Source: Gemmatimonadota bacterium
Lineage (GTDB): Bacteria > Gemmatimonadota > Gemmatimonadetes > Gemmatimonadales > GWC2-71-9
Direction of reading: 5' to 3'
NCBI GenBank assembly: GCA_036679605.1
Contig: JAZDCZ010000352.1
Span: 1 to 10,299 of the forward strand
DNA length: 10,299 nucleotides
The position numbers and the translations under genes are program-made. This document shows, piece after piece, positions 1 to 6,558 of this stretch. Numbering within the stretch: the stretch's first letter is position 1; each line of letters opens with the position of its first letter. A model generated the notes under the pieces. The model was not told where the DNA came from, searched no databases, and saw only the letters and a list, made by a program, of their open reading frames with translations.

Positions 1-106
1 CACAGGCCGTGGCCGTAGCCGCAAACAGCTGCGTCGTGCCGAAACCCAGTGCTGCTACCACCAGGGCCACGCTCACACCGCGAAGTAATCCTCTTACCGT
101 AGACAT
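1..106 (-). CDS. 5' part of a secreted Cys-rich peptide precursor, paralog of 3389-3622 and 6187-6429; runs off the window edge
   Basis: Reverse complement reads AAGGAGGTGTCACG-ATG then MSTVRGLLRGVSVALVVAALGFGTTQLFAATATAC. LGFGTTQLFA matches LTFGATQAFA of the other two peptides and is followed by the first Cys. The same conserved upstream element precedes it. Confidence 0.85.
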   Translation of the reverse strand, partial: MSTVRGLLRGVSVALVVAALGFGTTQLFAATATAC

Positions 107-191
107 CGTGACACCTCCTTGAAGAATGGGCCACACCGACAACAGAGCCGGTCTCGGCTGTGGAAGACCCCTAGGGCCGGGCGTACTCATA

Positions 192-293
192 AATCGTTGC
201 TATATCTGTATAACGATTGAAATCGGCAAATTATAGCAGCGATTTCTAAATTCCTGTCGTTTCAGTAGTTAGGTGCACCACACGGTATATCGA
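192..293 (-). promoter_or_regulatory. Conserved AT-rich upstream element, copy 1 (putative promoter/operator)
   Basis: Minus strand reads GCTGCTATAATTTGCCGATTTCAATCGTTATACAGATATAGCAACGATT, homologous to 2523-2624 and 5319-5431. Contains TATAAT and an AATCGTT-N13-AACGATT dyad (192-218). Confidence 0.75.
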
Positions 294-301
294 ATGTCGC
301 A

Positions 302-335
302 GCAGTAGGGGTGACGCATGCGTCTCCTCTACTGC
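302..335. repeat. GTAG-type REP-like palindrome
   Basis: GCAGTAGGGGTGACGCATGCGTCTCCTCTACTGC is a near-perfect 34-bp palindrome. Its core GTAG...CTAC (305-332) resembles REPs associated with RAYT transposases. Confidence 0.65.
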
Positions 336-343
336 CATTCCCT

Positions 344-402
344 CCTCGCTCGGCGGCTCAATGAAGGAAATGCGTCCCCAAGGACGCTTTGCTTGGCGGA
401 GC
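344..402. repeat. About 60-bp direct repeat, copy A, with hairpin GCGTCC-ccaa-GGACGC
   Basis: cctcgctcggcg...aatgaa.gaa.tgcgtcc...ggacg.tttgctt.g..gagc is shared with 1373-1433. Confidence 0.75.
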
Positions 403-548
403 GGATCCTCGTTAGGACCCGACTCGCTACAAGGCCCTCGTCAGGACCGGCTCTCACGCACGACTCTCTTCTCAACGATCCGATTCTCAAGAGTGAACCC
501 GGCGGTGACGGACAAGACAGCAGTAGGCGCGGACGTTAGATTCGATGC

Positions 549-929
549 ATGGCAAACCGTTCCACCGACTGGTTGGATCAGGGGCGCAGAGACCTTGAAC
601 TCGCACGGCACGCTGCCCGAGGGGAGTTTCACGAGTGGGCGTGTTTCGCGGCGCAGCAGGCGGCGGAGAAGGCCGTGAAGGCCTTGGTTACGGCTCTGAA
701 CGGGGAGGCGCGCGGCCACTCGATCGTTGCCATGGTTACGGCGCTGCCGGACTTCCCGGCGGATCTGGTGGATGCGGGGCGCCGACTGGACCGGCATTAC
801 ATTCCCACCCGATATCCCAACGGCTTCGAGCAAGGACGCCCGCATGACTATTTCACGGCGAAAGATGCCGACCAGGCTATAGCCGATGCAGAGTCGATTA
901 TTGAATACTGCGGCGGTCAAGTTTCTTGA
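549..929 (+). CDS. HEPN domain protein (partner of the MNT; putative toxin)
   Basis: 126 aa with W..Q...DL..A, EWACFAAQQAAEKAVKA, GHS and LDRHYIPTRYPN motifs typical of the HEPN family. Overlaps the downstream MNT gene. Confidence 0.92.
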   Translation: MANRSTDWLDQGRRDLELARHAARGEFHEWACFAAQQAAEKAVKALVTALNGEARGHSIVAMVTALPDFPADLVDAGRRLDRHYIPTRYPNGFEQGRPHDYFTAKDADQAIADAESIIEYCGGQVS

Positions 930-1275
930 CGTTGAGGGCCTAGTTGGGCGTCTCCGCGGGGTTGCGCGGAGCCTTTTAGCGGCCGAGCACAACGTCACCG
1001 CGGTTGTGCTGTTTGGATCGCTAGCCCGGGGTACGGCAACGCCCGCCAGCGATGCCGATCTACTGGTTTTGTTGCGGTCCGACGCCCGCCGAATAATCGA
1101 ACGTATCGTTCAGTACAGCCAGCCGTTCGAGACGCCCGGGCTCAGCGTTCAGGTGCTGGCGTGGACCGAAGCAGAGTTGAGCGAGCGGCTCGAGTCGGAC
1201 GATCGGTTTGCGCGGGAGATTCTGGAGAGCGGCATCGTCCTGGCTGGGGCAGTCGCAGCGCGGGCTCCGCTATAA
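886..1275 (+). CDS. Minimal nucleotidyltransferase (MNT, putative antitoxin)
   Basis: VVLFGS-x10-DADLLV (GSx10DxD) motif and C-terminal EILESGIVL. Coupled to the HEPN gene; the exact start is uncertain. Confidence 0.9.
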   Translation: MQSRLLNTAAVKFLDVEGLVGRLRGVARSLLAAEHNVTAVVLFGSLARGTATPASDADLLVLLRSDARRIIERIVQYSQPFETPGLSVQVLAWTEAELSERLESDDRFAREILESGIVLAGAVAARAPL

Positions 1276-1279
1276 TGTG

Positions 1280-1306
1280 TAACGATCTTACGGGTCGAGT
1301 TATAGC
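1280..1306 (-). promoter_or_regulatory. Isolated GCTATAA-N13-ATCGTTA motif
   Basis: Minus strand reads CTGCTATAA-ctcgacccgtaag-ATCGTTACACA, with the same half-sites and spacing as the upstream elements. Confidence 0.55.
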
Positions 1307-1372
1307 AGGATTCCCAGACCAAGGGTGGGTTGGGGAAGGCCGGTCGGTGTCGTGAGTCGAGGGTTAACAAAC

Positions 1373-1433
1373 CCTCGCTCGGCGACCTAATGAAAGAAGT
1401 GCGTCCTCCATAGGACGTTTTGCTTAGTCGAGC
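1373..1433. terminator. About 60-bp direct repeat, copy B; possible bidirectional terminator
   Basis: Hairpin GCGTCCT-ccat-AGGACGT (1401-1418) with T-rich runs following on both strands. Lies between the convergent MNT gene and the DUF4876-like remnant. Confidence 0.5.
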
Positions 1434-1542
1434 CTGGCTTTCAAGTCGGGACCATCATGCACGGACTTGCCCGTCTACTGTGTCCACCCCCGCGTCCTCG
1501 GCTCAGCAACGCGGCCAAAGTCCACGTCGTCCATTCGCCTCA

Positions 1543-1797
1543 CTACGGAATACTCCGCCACGTCCGCGGCACCACACTGCGGAAGAAATCCACCGCCGTG
1601 GTCCTGGTGTTGTACAGAATCTTTCGCCCGTCGGAGCTAATCCGCAGCACCCTCCGCTGCAGAGAACGGGTGCTGGGAAACGCAGGATCGGTATCGAAAC
1701 CGATGTTCTGGAATCCACCTTCATAGCGGTTGAACCCGCGCTGCACCATGGGAACGCACGGAGGAAACTCAGGATCCTTAGCAGGCCAGATCGACTT
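1543..1797 (-). pseudogene. 3' remnant (84 aa) of a DUF4876-like lipoprotein gene
   Basis: KSIWP...VPRTWRSIP matches the C-terminus of 8973-10280 at 74/84 residues by manual count. Similarity stops abruptly at about 1798, and the ORF-track N-terminus is unrelated. Confidence 0.88.
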
Positions 1798-1798
1798 C

Positions 1799-2509
1799 GC
1801 GCAGCGGGAGGATCTCGAGTCGGAGAACTTCAACACCACGTTCGGCGAGGGCATGGCCGACAACTGGGACGCCGACGGCTGGACGGCAGGCGGGGCCGCA
1901 CAGGTCGAGCTGGCATCCCGGCATCTGTTGCTCACCGTAAACGCGCGCTACTCCAACATCAGCGGTGAGGAGAAACGGGCGGAGATCGACGGCGTTCCCT
2001 TCACGGCCGACGAGACGCGCTGGCACGTTAACGGTGAACTGCGCGGAAAAACCGACAATGGCTGGGAGGCGGCTTTGCGGTTGGACATAAAGCGGGAGGA
2101 CCGCAGGCGCAGCGACGGCCTGGCGGTGGCCTCCACCGACATTCGGGCCTGGCGCCCCGCCGCTGCGCTAGAGGTTGCGCGCTGGCTGAGTGCCACCGTC
2201 GCACTGTCTGCAGGCATGGCCGTATCGGAGTACAACCCGTCGGGCTCGGTCCCCAAGGCCACCACTCTCGGTCCGATCTACCAGAACTGGTTAGCACCGG
2301 CCGTCGCGCTCGCGGTCACCGAGGCCACAGCGCATGCGTTCATGGGTACGCTGCGTTGGCAGGCGCTCACCAGAACGGGGTTTTGGGTACAGGTCCGTTC
2401 CGAGAACGCCTCACCGCCCGACAACCGCTCGGGGTTGTTGCCCGGCGCGCCCAGAGGCGATCGCGACAGGTTGCGGGCGGCGTTCGGCGTGGTGTTGGGA
2501 GGGCGGTAG
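1799..2509 (+). pseudogene. 3' part (about 236 aa) of a probable outer-membrane beta-barrel protein, possibly DUF6850-like; 5' end missing
   Basis: Open frame with alternating hydrophobic beta-strand patterns (WEAALRLDI, VALSAGMAVS, FWVQVRS, LRAAFGVVL). No signal peptide or RBS, and the upstream part of the ORF is antisense DUF4876 sequence. The family assignment is inferred from the usual DUF4876 gene neighbourhood. Confidence 0.6.
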
Positions 2510-2522
2510 GGAATGATGGGTA

Positions 2523-2624
2523 TCGATATTCCGTTCGGCGTACGTAACCGCTTGAATGGCAGTAACTTAGAAGTCGCTGCTATAATTTGGCGGTTTCAAT
2601 CGTTATACAGATATGACAAGTGAT
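2523..2624 (+). promoter_or_regulatory. Conserved upstream element, copy 2
   Basis: GCTATAA (2579-2585)-N13-ATCGTTA (2599-2605) followed by TACAGATAT, about 70 bp before the thioredoxin-like gene start. Confidence 0.75.
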
Positions 2625-2673
2625 CTGGCTAGGCGCTCCAGGTCGCTTTCTCCACCGCTCTAGGAGGACATCA

Positions 2674-3333
2674 ATGCCCAAATACCGGGCCTCTCAAGTT
2701 GTGTCACTCGGCGCTCTGACCGTGGCACTGGCCCTGGTTGGCGTGCTAGGGACGCAGAACCGCTCGCTCGAACGGCGATATGCGGCACTCGCGGAGCAGG
2801 CAAGGTTGCCCTATGTGGGCCTCACCGTACCTCCCTTCGACGCCGCCACGCTGGACGGAGACTCGGTGCGGATCGGCAAGTCAGGAGAGGGTTCGGCGCA
2901 GATCCTGTTCTTCTTTACGACTACCTGTCCCTATTGCAGGGCCACACTGCCGGCCTGGAACCGGATCGCTTCGGAGGCAGGTAAGCAAGGCGAAGTCGCG
3001 ATATACGGCATACAGCTCGATTCCGCGCAGTCGGGGCTCGAGTACGCCGAGGAACACGGTCTGGGCTTTCCCTTGGTGACGCTCCCCGACCCGAGGATTC
3101 GGCAGTGGTACCGCGTGCGTCTCGTACCGACGACCGTCGTGCTCGACCGGACGGGATTGGTCGTATATGCCAGAGGGGGAGAGATCACCGCCCGGGAGAC
3201 AATCGATTCGGTGCTGGCGGCAACCAGGAAAGCCGTCTTACCCGAGGTGTCCGATTCAATAATAGCGGGGGCGACAGGAGTGGTTACAGAGCGCCGATGG
3301 TTGGCCCAACAGAGTGAGTTCCGAGACCTGTAG
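2674..3333 (+). CDS. Membrane-anchored TlpA/ResA-like thioredoxin-fold (redoxin) protein, CPYC active site
   Basis: AGGAGG RBS before ATG 2674 (219 aa), N-terminal hydrophobic helix, FFFTTTCPYC, and the cis-Pro loop YRVRLVPTTVVLDRTG. Confidence 0.88.
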   Translation: MPKYRASQVVSLGALTVALALVGVLGTQNRSLERRYAALAEQARLPYVGLTVPPFDAATLDGDSVRIGKSGEGSAQILFFFTTTCPYCRATLPAWNRIASEAGKQGEVAIYGIQLDSAQSGLEYAEEHGLGFPLVTLPDPRIRQWYRVRLVPTTVVLDRTGLVVYARGGEITARETIDSVLAATRKAVLPEVSDSIIAGATGVVTERRWLAQQSEFRDL

Positions 3334-3388
3334 CTGCCGTGGCAGTGGCAGGTATTTAAGTATCACCATCCGTTCAAAGGAGGAAGTC

Positions 3389-3622
3389 ATGTCCAAGATG
3401 TTGCGGGGAGCACTGGGTGCGGTTGGCGCCGTGTTGGTCGTGGGAGTGCTCACGTTCGGGGCGACGCAGGCGTTTGCTTCGAGCGGGACAGGTGTGGCAA
3501 GGGCGTGCACCGGAACCTGCCCGCCCCTTGACCATAACACCTGTTACGCTGCTTGCGCCGCCATTCCGGGCTATGTGGGCGGAGATTGCGGTCCCAGCGG
3601 TCAATGCTGCTGCTTCAGTTGA
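3389..3622 (+). CDS. Secreted 8-Cys defensin-like (CS-alpha-beta pattern) peptide precursor, 77 aa
   Basis: AAAGGAGG RBS; Sec signal ending AFA at residue 30; Cys spacing C-x3-C-x7-C-x3-C-x10-C-x5-CCC with GGDC. Confidence 0.85.
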   Translation: MSKMLRGALGAVGAVLVVGVLTFGATQAFASSGTGVARACTGTCPPLDHNTCYAACAAIPGYVGGDCGPSGQCCCFS

Positions 3623-3668
3623 AGCAAAGAACCTGACCCTGGCGCACCCGCATGGCGGTCGGTGCAAA

Positions 3669-3702
3669 GGCTGGTCGGGACCCGAAGAGGGCCCGGCCAG
3701 TC
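3669..3702 (+). other. GC-rich intergenic stem-loop after the peptide gene (no U-tract)
   Basis: GGCTGGTCGGGACCC-gaaga-GGGCCCGGCCAGTC, conserved at 6476-6509. Confidence 0.6.
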
Positions 3703-3751
3703 GTGCTGCCCGTTAGCCATAATGCCGTCTCTATCGCAGGAGGTGACACAA

Positions 3752-5041
3752 ATGACACTTAACGAGTGCTGGTTTAGAGTAACGACCGCCGTGGCTGTGT
3801 TTGCCATATTGGCATGCCAGCCAGGCCCGATCACGCAGGTGGATTCAAACGAGCAGGCGAGCGGCGAAGTCCCGAATGTGCCTGAGGTCCAGCGCGGTCT
3901 GTTTACGATACACGCTTTGGTGGATCCGGCAGATTCGGCGTTGGCCGATTCTCTGGGCTGGCAGGATGGAGTACCGGGCGTCGAGATCCACTTTTTGCGC
4001 AACGGGACGGCGGAGTGGCTCACCACCACCACCGATTCCACGGGTACAGCGAGTTTCTCCGATGTCTTGCCGGGTCTCTACCGCGTCTTCGGTGGTCGTA
4101 CGCTGACGGAGGCTGAGGCGTCGGCAGTGGGCGGAGTGATTCGAGCGTTTGGGGACGGTCGCACGGTCGGATTCGGTCAATCGGGCAAGCTGGAGTTGCA
4201 GCTTCTCGGGGACCGTCCGGGCTCTCTCGTGATCAGCGAGATCGGGGGAGACCGGCCCCTACCATGGGAGGTGTCCGGGCCGACTGAAGGCGGCTTGTAT
4301 TTCGAGCTCTACAACAATTCAGGCACGGACATGTTTCTCGACGGGAAGATCTTCGGCGTTTCCCACGAAGCGAACAGAAACTTCTTGGATTTGTCGTGCG
4401 AGGCCAGCGACGTGGTTCGGACGGATCGGGAGGGCGTGTACGCCCGATGGTTCCTGCAGTTTCCTGGTACGGGTGCGGACTATCCGATCGGGCCGGGCGA
4501 GACTCGGTTGGTTGCGGTAGAGGCGATAGACCACACACCGGTTCACGCGACTATGCCGGACTTGTCGAACGCGGACTTCGAGATCGGGGGTCTGGCGAAC
4601 AACCCGGCCGTACCGGACATGCTGGACATCGGACCTGAACCGATCTTCCCGGAGATGCTAGCTGGATTCACATGGACTTATATTCTGGCCGAGCCATTCG
4701 GCCTGACGAGTCTTTCTGTTGTCTGGCGTGATGCCAATGGTCGGCAATTCTTCCGGGTGCCAAGGGAGAAGATTATCGACGCAGTGGCATTGATGGGTAT
4801 TTGGCCACCGTTTGATGCCGAGAACGTGCCGTGTGCCCCCATGGTGCACCCGGACTTCGATCGCTACGAGGGTGGATTCAAGCAACTCGGCCTTAACCTT
4901 TCCGATCAGGCCCTGCGCTCCCTGCAGCGCAAGGTTGTGGGGATTAGTCCGGACGGCCGCAAGATTCTGATGAACACGAACACGAGTGCCTATGACTTCT
5001 TTCTCGGCCAGGTGCCGAGGACGCCGGGGTGGATACCGTAG
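3752..5041 (+). CDS. DUF4876-like lipoprotein with N-terminal beta-sandwich domain, 429 aa
   Basis: AGGAGG RBS before ATG 3752; lipobox ILAC; motifs LVISEI, YFELYNNS...LDG, FPGTGADYPIGPGE, AIDH, DLSNADFE, NNPAVPDM, RSLQRKV, NTNTSAYDF that I recognise from DUF4876 proteins. Confidence 0.82.
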   Translation: MTLNECWFRVTTAVAVFAILACQPGPITQVDSNEQASGEVPNVPEVQRGLFTIHALVDPADSALADSLGWQDGVPGVEIHFLRNGTAEWLTTTTDSTGTASFSDVLPGLYRVFGGRTLTEAEASAVGGVIRAFGDGRTVGFGQSGKLELQLLGDRPGSLVISEIGGDRPLPWEVSGPTEGGLYFELYNNSGTDMFLDGKIFGVSHEANRNFLDLSCEASDVVRTDREGVYARWFLQFPGTGADYPIGPGETRLVAVEAIDHTPVHATMPDLSNADFEIGGLANNPAVPDMLDIGPEPIFPEMLAGFTWTYILAEPFGLTSLSVVWRDANGRQFFRVPREKIIDAVALMGIWPPFDAENVPCAPMVHPDFDRYEGGFKQLGLNLSDQALRSLQRKVVGISPDGRKILMNTNTSAYDFFLGQVPRTPGWIP

Positions 5042-5155
5042 CACGGTGAGTAGCTGCACAGGGGTCCGGGCTTGAAGGCCGGGCTCGGGTCCCTCCACTA
5101 ACACCTCTTATCCTCGTGGAGGTTTTCGGTGACGGATAGGGGGTGCTCTAAACCT

Positions 5156-5221
5156 ATAACGATCCAAACGGCGAAATTTATAGCAAACTCGGTGTTATGG
5201 ATCGGCGGTCTGGATCGTTAT
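5156..5221. repeat. 66-bp imperfect palindrome made of two inverted copies of the GCTATAA...ATCGTTA motif
   Basis: ATAACGATCCA (5156-5166) and TGGATCGTTAT (5211-5221) form a perfect 11-bp inverted repeat. The inner TTTATAGCA/TGTTATGGA pair with G-U wobbles. Confidence 0.7.
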
Positions 5222-5318
5222 GCGGAGAAACGGGGAGTCCGCCGGTGGGATCCGGCGGTCGGCAGAAGCCCGGAGATTCACGCCGTCAGAAGGCCTCCGA
5301 TAGACAGAGCAAGCTGAG

Positions 5319-5431
5319 TCGGCGCACGTAAGTACTGAAACGGCAGGGACTTAGAAGTCATTGCTATAAGTTGACGATTTCGGTTGCTATAAATTGCCGA
5401 TTTCAATCGTTACACAGATATAACAACGATT
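5319..5431 (+). promoter_or_regulatory. Conserved upstream element, copy 3, with an extra 23-bp repeat unit
   Basis: ttgctataagttgacgatttc (5361-5381) and ttgctataaattgccgatttc (5384-5404), then AATCGTT-N13-AACGATT (5405-5431). Confidence 0.75.
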
Positions 5432-5481
5432 CTTAGCTAGTCGCTTGCAGGTCGCTTTCTCCACCGTCCCAGGAGGAATCA

Positions 5482-6105
5482 ATGCCCAAATACCGGGTGT
5501 CTTAAGTCGCGTCCCTCGGCGCCCTGGCCGTGGCTCTTGTGCTGGTAGGCGTGCTAGGGACGCAGAACCGCTCGCTCGAGCGGCGGTATTTTGCGCTGGC
5601 GGAGCAGGCGAGGTTGCCCTATCGGGGCCTCACGGTACCCGCCTTCGATGCTGCTACGCTGGCTGGTGACTCGGTGAGGATCGGAGAGTCACGAGAGGGT
5701 TCGGCGCAGATCCTGTTTTTCTTTACGACTACCTGTCCCTATTGCAAGGCCACGCTGCCGGCGTGGAACCGGATCGCTTCGGAGGCAGGTAGCCAAGGCA
5801 AAGTCGCGATATACGGCATACAGCTCGATTCCGCGCAGGCGGGGCTGGAGTACGCCGAGTCGTACAGTCTGAGCTTTCCCTTGGTGACACTGCCCGACCC
5901 GAGAATCCGGCAGTGGTACCGAGTGCGGCTCGTACCGACGACGGTGGTGCTCGACCGAACGGGAATGGTTGTGTATGCCAGAGGGGGAGAGATCACCGCC
6001 CGGGAGACGATCGACTCGGTGCTGGCGGCCGTTGGTGACGCCCTCTTGCCCGAGGTTCCCGATTCAATAATAGCGGGGGCGATAGGAGTGGTTACGGAAC
6101 GCTGA
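5482..6105 (+). pseudogene. TlpA/ResA-like CPYC protein, copy 2, with nonsense codon 8 (probable pseudogene)
   Basis: AGGAGG RBS then ATG CCC AAA TAC CGG GTG TCT TAA. TAA at 5503-5505 corresponds to CAA in copy 1. The frame then stays open and highly similar (TTTCPYC) to 6105. Confidence 0.75.
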
Positions 6106-6186
6106 TGATTGGTCCAACAGGGTGAGTTTCAAGGCCCGTGACTGCCACGGGTCTCAAGTCCCACCATCTGTTCAAAGGAGGAAGTC

Positions 6187-6429
6187 ATGTCCAAGATGTT
6201 GCAGCGAGTAGTTGGGGCGGTTGGCGCCGTGCTGGTTCTAGGAGTGCTCACGTTCGGGGCGACGCAGGCGTTTGCTTCAACCGGTAGTGCTGCGGCAAGA
6301 TTCTGTGTCGGAACCTGCCCGCCACTTACCCCTGGAGTATTCGGCACTTGTTGGTTCGCTTGCGCCGCCGTCCCGGGCTATGTGGGTGGAGATTGCGGAC
6401 CCAGCGGTCAATGCTGCTGCTTCAGTTGA
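6187..6429 (+). CDS. Secreted 8-Cys defensin-like peptide precursor, 80 aa
   Basis: AAAGGAGG RBS; signal ending AFA; C-x3-C-x10-C-x3-C-x10-C-x5-CCC; C-terminal PGYVGGDCGPSGQCCCFS identical to copy 1. Confidence 0.87.
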   Translation: MSKMLQRVVGAVGAVLVLGVLTFGATQAFASTGSAAARFCVGTCPPLTPGVFGTCWFACAAVPGYVGGDCGPSGQCCCFS

Positions 6430-6475
6430 AGCAGAGAACCTGACCCTGGCGCACCCGCATGGCGGTCGGTATCGA

Positions 6476-6509
6476 GGCTGGTCGGGACCCGAAGAAGGCC
6501 CGGCCAGCC
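6476..6509 (+). other. GC-rich intergenic stem-loop after the peptide gene, copy 2
   Basis: GGCTGGTCGGG...CCCGGCCAGCC, same position as in unit 1. Confidence 0.6.
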
Positions 6510-6558
6510 GTGCTGCCCGTTAACCATAATGCCGTCTCTATCGCAGGAGGTGACACGA

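Larger units (their letters stand above)
2535..5041 (+). repeat. Tandem duplication unit 1 (element + thioredoxin-like + peptide + DUF4876-like)
   Basis: Colinear with 5319-7851 from tcggcg.acgtaa to ...gggtggataccgtag. Confidence 0.92.

Noticed and set aside
344..402. Hammerhead ribozyme or c-di-GMP riboswitch in the 60-bp repeat
   Set aside because: The GTCC-N4-GGAC stem is suggestive, but the CUGAUGA core and the GAAA directly after the stem are absent, and the GEMM architecture is not matched.
1265..1292. dif/pdif (XerCD) site
   Set aside because: The left arm and TGTGTA centre look similar, but there is no TTATGTTAAAT-like XerD arm.
1543..1797. DGR template repeat for the C-terminus of 8973-10280
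   Set aside because: The differences I inspected are not adenine-specific and many are synonymous third-position changes. No reverse transcriptase is in the window.
318..1968. Alternative-frame or antisense ORFs such as 361-678, 441-998, 1420-1968 and 1457-1726
   Set aside because: They overlap better-supported genes or remnants, are Arg/Pro-rich GC-frame artefacts, and lack RBS or motifs.
5092..5126. Rho-independent terminator after the first DUF4876-like gene
   Set aside because: CCTCCAC/GTGGAGG plus TTTT is present, but the 17-nt loop and short U-tract make it too weak to call.
3389..6429. Peptides as lanthipeptide, sactipeptide or ranthipeptide RiPP precursors
   Set aside because: They have Sec-type signal peptides and an even Cys count next to a disulfide oxidoreductase. 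No LanM, radical SAM or YcaO enzyme is in the window, though one elsewhere cannot be excluded.
2620..6558. ORF-track upstream starts at 2620, 3314, 3662 and 6529
   Set aside because: Strong AGGAGG RBSs and signal-peptide positions support 2674, 3389, 3752 and 6559 instead.
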